Positions 44,849-64,000 of a stretch of DNA of 64,000 bases are shown here, piece by piece; within the stretch, counting starts at the first letter, position 1, and every line of letters starts with the position of its first letter. The stretch lies in NCBI RefSeq assembly GCF_009914755.1, contig NC_060925.1; one strand, written 5' to 3'. A program made the position numbers and the translations under genes. The DNA comes from the human T2T-CHM13v2.0 reference genome, Homo sapiens. Below the pieces are notes generated by a model. The model ran no database searches. It was given only the letters and a program-made list of their open reading frames with translations, and was not told where the DNA came from.

Positions 44849-44904
44849 CGGGATTTTGTTGGGGAACTTTGCCCGGATTCCAGCAACTTCCTCTTGTCTG
44901 ATTG
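44849..44904 (-). CDS. MAP1LC3C: MAP1LC3C coding exon 2 (AIRQEEVAGIRAKFPNKIP)
   Basis: ttcacag| acceptor, 56 nt, CCG|gtaaga donor; phase matches exon 1. Confidence 0.96.
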
Positions 44905-45023
44905 CTGTGAATATTTCAAGCACAAGAGAAGAAGCAAAGATCAAGAAAAGAAGCAAAGATCAAGAGAAGGCCAGATCCGCTCCTCTCTTTAGATAACCCA
45001 GAAAGCTACCCCAAGAAATTTAC

Positions 45024-45081
45024 CCAAGCTTTTCCTCTGCTTGAAGGGTCTGACGCTTGGGATTTTCTGTGGAGGCGGCAT
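45024..45081 (-). CDS. MAP1LC3C: MAP1LC3C coding exon 1 (MPPPQKIPSVRPFKQRKSL)
   Basis: ATG at 45081-45079; 58 nt; donor G|gtaaat at 45023. Absent from the ORF track and read manually. Confidence 0.95.
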
Positions 45082-45300
45082 TGCACTCAGTAGCTGTGTC
45101 TGTTTTAAAAAAGAAAAAAAAACTGTCCCGCAACCGGGAACCTAACTCATTCCTCCAGCTGCTTCCAAACTGCCTGCAGGAGCCTGAAGGAGGCCCTTAT
45201 GTAGGGCTGAGTGACATCAGGCCTCTCCTCTCCCTCCCCTCTCCCCACTCCCCCTCCCTGGGCAGCAGGAGGTCAGTTCTGATGGAAATGGAATCACCAC
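45082..45300 (-). promoter_or_regulatory. MAP1LC3C 5'UTR / TATA-less proximal promoter region
   Basis: Unique sequence upstream of the ATG, with a G-run cluster (45232-45258) and TGACATCA at 45212. Confidence 0.55.
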
Positions 45301-45617
45301 CTGCTTGCTGGTCAGAGAAAGCCACTTTGTTCATGACCAGTTCAAGATGTTTCTTTGCAAAAGAAATTAGGGTTTGTAATAAAATCATTGGCTGGGCAGC
45401 GGACTGTGGAGAGGTAAAACTGCCTTGTGCTGGGATGTTTTTGCCCTTCAGTAGCAAGGGGGGGTCCAAGCTGGATCCACCTCAGCCTGAAGTGTGCTGT
45501 GTAGTTCTCACAATGGTCCATGCCCTTTATCACAGAAGGAAACCTATACTAAGAAAGGTGAAGTGATTTGCTCGAGGGCACACAGCAAGTAAGAGAAGCG
45601 GTATGGATTAAAACCTA

Positions 45618-45875
<258 letters not shown>

Positions 45876-46051
45876 TCATCTCAAAACAAAACAAAACAAA
45901 ACAAAAAAAACCCAGAGTTGTTACAAGGAAGTCCAAGTACTACACTCCAGTATATTCTGTCACTTAGTTTTCTCTGGGATAAAAGAAGGAAGGAAGGACA
46001 ATTGTCCCCAAGATCTTGCTTTTAGAGTTAAGAAACTGGGTCTCTGGTCAT

Positions 46052-47790
<1,739 letters not shown>

Positions 47791-48801
47791 GGGCCTGAGA
47801 AATTAATCCCTTGCCTGGACTCAAAAGGGCTAGGAAGGGCAAGACACAGCTCTTCCAGTTCCCACGGCCAGGAGTTGCTTCCTGGTACTTACGCCCATCC
47901 AGGTAGCCCTTCAGACACTGCATGGCCAGAAGGCTTGCATTTCCTTTATTGTTAGCAGTGTATGCCATGATTTTCTGTAGTCATTCAGCAGTGAAGAGTA
48001 TTAAAATGAACAAAATGTGACAAAGGAGAAGGAGATAGTACATTTGCTGGTGAATTGAAGGGCCTGACTCTTGGGGCTTTAGCTCAATGATAAGAAATAG
48101 ATGTCAAGAGATTAAATGATGGCATCATTGAAGAGATAAGTGGCCTCGTCCTCTTTCTCTGTCTTAAAAAAGAAGGCATCCCGTCAGGTGTGAATAGTAA
48201 GGAGCAAGTGTGCAGTGCTCTGTGCTAAAGTACCTTTCAAATCTGCAATCTCATGTAAACTTTCCCAGTTGCCTTGCATGTGGGAAGGGCAGGCAGGATG
48301 CTCACACTGCTGTGGTCTAGATCATTCAGCCAGAATGCAAACTGCGCCGGGATCCAACCCAGATTGGCCAATCTCCAGGGGCAGCCCAGACTCTAAGACC
48401 AGGCAAAGTTGGTTCCAAGCCTGGCCCTCCCACCTATGCACCTTAATTTCTGATCTTGGATACATGGCTTCACTTTACTAAATACGGCTTTTAATGGTTA
48501 TGGTAATCTGTAACTCAGAATAGTTATGTGAGGCTTAAATGAACTGGTTTCTGTAAAGCAGCTAGCATAGTGCCTGCCACTGTTCCTCAGTGTATGTATC
48601 TTCCCGTCACTTCCCCAAGCCATGGTTCCCCCAAATCTTTATAATCCGAAGAATCCTTATGTGCATTGAGGTCTGAATGCTGAAGGCAGAGGTAGAAGGA
48701 AACAGTGCTCAGTTGGGGCCAGGAGAAAATCAATCCCAGCTGTGGTGTTTGGTCAATGATTATAAGGGCTTTGAGATGCTTCTTAACTGCCTTGCGTTTG
48801 A

Positions 48802-49275
<474 letters not shown>

Positions 49276-50161
49276 TGAGCCATGGTGCCCGGCCAGTTTT
49301 TTTTTCTTTTCTTTTTTTGGGGGTTGAAAGCCATCTTTTGAGGGGAGCAGTGTCTGGTGTGTCGTCTGATGGCATCGTGCTCCTGGCTGGTGCTCCTCTG
49401 GCAGTGGAGTGAGACCTAGGTGGCTGGGAGGTGACCAAAACCACACACTATGGATGCTACATGGACCATGGGGAAGGAAATAAGAACAGTCCTGTGGCGA
49501 ACAGCTGGAGCAAGAGTGCCCTCGCTGGATCAGGAGGTCTGTCTATCAATATTTTAATTTCTTTTTTGTTTTGTTTTGTGTTTTTGAGACAGGGTCTCAC
49601 TCTGTTGCCCAGCCTGGAGTGCAGTGGAATGATCACAGCTCACTGCAGCATCAACCTTCTGGGCTCAGGTGATCCTCTTGGCTCAGCCTCCCAAGTAGCT
49701 GAGACCATAGGCTCACACCACCGTGCCTGGCTAATTTTTTAAATTATTTGTAGAGATGGAGTCTCCCTATGTTGCCTAGGCTGGCCTCATACTCCTGGGC
49801 TCAAGCAATCCTGCCTAAGCCTCCCAAAGTGCTGGGATTACAGGCATGGGCCACCATGTCCAGTCTACTAATATTTTAGTAAACAAAAAACTGGCCGGGT
49901 GCAGTGGCTCATGCCTGTAATCCCAGCACTTTGGGAGGCTGAACTGAGAAGATTGCTTTGAGACAGGAGTTTGAGACTGATCTGGGCAACAAAGTGAGTC
50001 CCCTGTCTCTACTACAAATGCTAATAGGTTGGCTTGGTGTCTCACGCCTATAATCCCAGCACTTTGGGAGGCTGAGGTGGGTGGATCACTGAAGATCAGG
50101 AGTCCAAGGCCAGCCTGGCCAACAAGGTGAAACCCCGTCTTTACTAAAAATACAAAAATTA

Positions 50162-50491
<330 letters not shown>

Positions 50492-50695
50492 TCATATTAT
50501 TTGTTAGCAGAATGGATATGTTTTCAGTTGTCTCATAGAGTTGTGAGATGATTGAATGAGGAAATCTATGTGATAAACTCATGTGTATGAGATGACACAG
50601 TTGGAGCTCAATAAATGGGAGTTCTCTCACATCGCTCATGCCTCGTGAAGCTCAGAGCCTAGCCCACTCTGCTTGTACTTCCTGGAACCTTTTGA

Positions 50696-51259
<564 letters not shown>

Positions 51260-51613
51260 TGACCTCCTGGCCTCAAGGGATCCTCCCACCTTGGCCTCTC
51301 AAAGTGTTGGGATTACTTATAGGCATGAGCCACCACACCCAGCCAACATTTTCTTTTCTCATTCTGAAAACTCTCTGATTTCAAGACACCACATTCTTTG
51401 GATTCTTCTCCCTGTCCTCTGACCTTTATTCTTGGCCTCTTCTGCTACCTCTCCCTCCTTTGCAGGACCACTTCTCCTTAGGGCCTGTAAGACAACCCAG
51501 TCTCAAGATTGGACAACTGATATGTGTGACTAAGATATGTCCTCATTTCTGGCCAGGTGCTGTGGCTCACGCCTGTAACCCCAGCACTTTGGGAGGCTAA
51601 GGTGGGTGGATCA

Positions 51614-52258
<645 letters not shown>

Positions 52259-52547
52259 TCACCAGTCCTTGCAACCATCGCTACAGCCAGCCCTTACTAT
52301 GTATAGATTTGAGAGCCACGAGTGGCCTTTCTGACTCTTGATGTTGGCTTTGCCCTGGTTCCCCCACAATTCTCTCCTTGTTCTCTATGCTTTTCTGGGA
52401 TGATTTTAATCATTCCTGAGGAGTTTCCTAAGGTGACTCAGCTTTTGCAATGTGATTAAAAATAAGATTGCCTCTTAGCAAGTGTGGGTGTCTGGGGCTC
52501 AGGGAGTGACTGGGATAGATCAAGTTTGCTTCCTGTGACTGCTGTCA

Positions 52548-52953
<406 letters not shown>

Positions 52954-53429
52954 TTACCAGTAATACTTATTGATCTGATCAACATGGGATAAAAACATTT
53001 TATTTAAGAGTCAGGCCATCAAAGAAAATAAATGATTCTGGTTCCCATTCCCAAGTGAGCCACAGAATCATGAAGTCATTTAAGCTCAAAATCTGCTTAG
53101 TTAACTTGTGAAATGATTTTAGAACCGGAAATCTTGCTATCCTACCCCAAGGCAGGATTTTTAAAAGTCCATAATAGCTATTACATGACTGAGGGCAAGA
53201 CTTCATCTGTGCATCCCCAGTAGCTAGCGCAGAGCCTGACGCATAGTACATGCTTATAAAAGTTGAATTGATTTATCTGCATGCAAATTGCTAACAGGGA
53301 AAAATGCCCAGCTACAGAGTGATGTTGCTTGTGAAGTCCAGCAAGCAGGAAAGGCAAACTCATATCCAGAATACATGTTGATTAAATGCAAAATGAATTG
53401 CAACCCCTTCCATGGGGTAGAATGAGGCC

Positions 53430-57150
<3,721 letters not shown>

Positions 57151-57443
57151 TAACTCTGTATCCCCCACAGTCTTCACCATCATTGTCATTATCTTCATTT
57201 GTTGAATTTTATCATGTACAATCATTGGGCTAAGGGTGGAAACTAATCTTTATGGAGCACATACACATGTTAAGTATTGAGATATGATTATTCCACTTTC
57301 TTATTTAATCTTTCTGGAAAAGAAAAAGACACCTGAAACTCAGAGAGTTGAAATAATTTGCTCAAGATCACTCAGTTGGTGAGATTTGAGTCTATGACTT
57401 TATGCCACTGAACCCCGTTATGACATAATGCTTTCCATTCTAG

Positions 57444-57818
<375 letters not shown>

Positions 57819-58756
57819 TCACCATCATAAGGAAAATAGTTCCTGAAACATTCCCCTAGCAGCTCCAGGGTTAGTGCTCTACATGCACAAAACCTCTATT
57901 CTTTATGCTGAATGGACCCCCAACTTCTTATTAAAACAGAATATGTGCCTAAGATTCCCCCAAAGTACAAATAACCCAGCTCCCAACCACTTTTCTCACA
58001 GGTACACCACTGGAAATGAAGGCCAAGTGGCCCAGACTGTGGCCGGGCAGGCTGTTTCCAGGTCCTTGCCTGCCAGAAGGAATGAGCTGCGGCCTTTTTC
58101 CCAGCTCCCGCCATCCACTGCCAGAAAGCCCAGCTTCTCCCGCTCTGTGACTCAGCCTTGCAGGTGTTTGCGTCCCACTCCCACAGCACAACCCAGGATG
58201 AGGAATGATGCACTCACATCAGGAGGCATTAAGGGCTTAGTAATCCCTTAGACACAGGAAAGTAGAAAAAGGGGGGAAAATATCTAATGTGTTGGGTGAA
58301 GGAGTCTGGAAGCTGGCTGGGGAAGGACTGCAGGCTTTCCTAGAAGTAGCCAGCTGTCAAATTGCTTTTTTCAAGAGCCAGAGGCATTTCTTGTTTTCAG
58401 CATCTGTGGTGCTCAGGATCTGCCTGGACCTGGAGGAAACTGGGCATTAGTCCTGTTCTCTACTAGGAAACCCACTTCTAGCACCTTTAGAGGTTGGAGA
58501 AGGATGCAACAGTGACCTCTCACAAGAGTCTGCTGCTCTGAAGCCCTGGGAATGTATCAGCTTTGGCTACAGCCTTAATGCAAGCTGAGTCAGACATGTC
58601 TCAGCTCCCTGATTCTGGGAGTTTCTTTCTTGCTAGTGAACTTCTGCTTTCTATCTGTAAAAATGAAGACAAGTTATTGTCCAGCCTGGGCAGCATAGCA
58701 AGGTCTCATCTCTTAAAAAAATGGAGACAATTATTTTGGCTTCACAACAATATTAA

Positions 58757-60823
<2,067 letters not shown>

Positions 60824-60954
60824 TGAGAAGGAGTGAATGTGGTTGGGTGATATTTGCAGATTGAATGGAATACGGCATGGCTTTCAATCATTTCTATATT
60901 ATGCTAAGGGCATCTGCAGTAGCCTTGTAATACTATTAATTAATAGTTTTTCCT

Positions 60955-61264
<310 letters not shown>

Positions 61265-61291
61265 TTAAATTACTTAATTTTTTTTTTTTAA

Positions 61292-61685
<394 letters not shown>

Positions 61686-62958
61686 AAATAAATACTATTT
61701 TTAAATAAAAGCACTGCTGGTTACTTTAGATATCATATTGTTATTCCAGTTGACAAAGACCCCCATAACCTGGCCTCTGTCTAACTCTCTTCTGTTCCTG
61801 TGTACCCTTTCTAAAATAACAAGGAGTTTCTCAACCTGCAGACTATGATATGGGGAATGAAAGATAACTTAGGAATGGAGAAAAAGGGGAAGGCAGGAGA
61901 GGTTGTGGAAAATGTTTATTTTTTTTTTACGTTTATTTTTGTAGAGACAGCATCTTGCTATGTTGCCCAGGCTGGCCTTGAACTCCTAGGCTCAAGCGAT
62001 TCTCTTGACTTGGCCTCCCATAGTGCTGGGATTACAGGTGTGAGTCACCGCACCTGGGTAGAAAAGGGTTTTTCTTCAGTCATTGACATCATCAGCATGT
62101 CCTGTTTGGCCTTGTCCGGTTTGCTGGGAGCCTCCAAGATTCTCTCTACGACAAGGAAAGGATTAGATGTAAAGAGGAGAGATTCAGAGATATATGTCCT
62201 ATCTACTCAGTCTGGGCCATCCCTATATAAATCTCCCTGCTCATCACACATAGCTGTTGCCCCCGAAACAGGAAATTGAGGGACAGAGAAATCTAAGGAA
62301 AAAACAAAACTCCTAAATATGACTCCTCACACCTAGGGTCAACTGCAAATCCCAGGCAGGACTCTTCACGGTCTGATCTCAATCCCTCCAACACTGTGTC
62401 TCATCCTGCACAACAAACCCTCCATCCCAGCTCCTCCTTGCCCCATCAGCACCCATTCCAATTTCCTCCTCCAAACCTTGAATTTTTATCCTTGCATCTT
62501 AGATGCTCTTGGTGTTTCCTTTCAATCTTGCATGGATCTTATTCCAGGCAATATCTTTTACCCTAAAATATCTCCTGTAGTTATGGCATTGCCAGGTGCA
62601 TTTATATTTAACTTTGAATGTGCTCATGGGCTCAGTAAATATGAATGGATTTGGCTTACTCTCAACCAACAATTAGTGAGAATTGTGCAATATGCAAAGA
62701 TGTGCTTGATACAGCCTCTTCCCTCATTGGGAAGGTATGAGTGGATCATTTCTTCTCTGTTTATGTTCTCAATTGTGCATCAACTGGGTTATTTGTTTCC
62801 AAGCTTCAGAAGCTCTGTTTAAGCCAAGAACACAGCTACACAGCTGGGAATGTTCCTCTCCTGGGTGGAGAGTATTACAGAATGATTCAAATCATGGAAT
62901 AGCATGTACTTAAAACCATCCAAGGGTGGCCAGGCCACCTTTAAATCTCTCTCTTTAA

Positions 62959-63327
<369 letters not shown>

Positions 63328-63443
63328 TAGACTAAAAATTTGAATTATAGGCCAGGCACGGTGGTTCACGCCTGTAATCCCAGCTCTTTGGGAGGCCAAG
63401 GTGGGCAGATAATAAGGTCAGGAGATCGAGACCATCCTGGCTA

Positions 63444-63702
<259 letters not shown>

Positions 63703-63707
63703 TTACC

Positions 63708-63779
63708 AAAAATAAAATAAAATAATAAAATAAAATAAAATAAAATAAAATAAAATAAAATAAAATAAAATAAAATAAA
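63708..63779. repeat. (TAAAA)n microsatellite with no adjacent Alu body
   Basis: Directly visible; one TAA interruption. Confidence 0.95.
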
Positions 63780-64000
63780 CTACTACTGAGGTACACGAAG
63801 ACCAAACTGCTGCTTGGACATACGCACAATGGGTAAAATGTGCCCCCGCCCTCCACCCGGCTACTGACTCTTTGTTGCCCTCTGCTGTTCCTCATGTTGA
63901 CTACATCGAGTTACTGCAAATAGAGCCAACTCTGCAAATTGACCAAGTGACAAATGATCACATTGAACAAATTTCCTGACTGTGGTTTTAACAGCATTGA

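Noticed and set aside
45057-45566. 169-aa + strand ORF over the MAP1LC3C promoter
   Set aside because: Non-ATG start, poly-Lys from an A-run, ends in MIR-like sequence, no homology recognised.

Overview
Primate (very likely human chr1q43) euchromatic DNA, roughly half Alu by eye. It holds two convergent autophagy genes about 37 kb apart: intronless BECN2 (+, 3811-5106, 431 aa) and four-exon MAP1LC3C (-, CDS 42230-45081, 147 aa, all three GT-AG introns resolved). Also present are a frameshifted, 5'-truncated cofilin-1 processed pseudogene nested inside an LTR, a tailless 5S rRNA retro-fragment with a 14-bp target-site duplication, solo LTRs (MER41A-, MER21-, MER34- and LTR47-like), an ERVL internal remnant with RT and RNase H motifs, hAT DNA-transposon relics, and L1/L2/MIR fragments. 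Almost all other ORFs in the track are Alu read-throughs. I found no convincing new multi-gene system. The best unexplained signals are structural: an Alu plus CFL1 retrocopy inside one TSD pair, a locally templated ~80-bp insertion bracketed by a 19-bp direct repeat, a displaced duplicate of the ERVL RT active-site segment, a CpG-rich MER1B, and a splice-acceptor-like signal just upstream of the MAP1LC3C ATG. Repeat subfamily names come from recalled consensus sequences and their boundaries are approximate.
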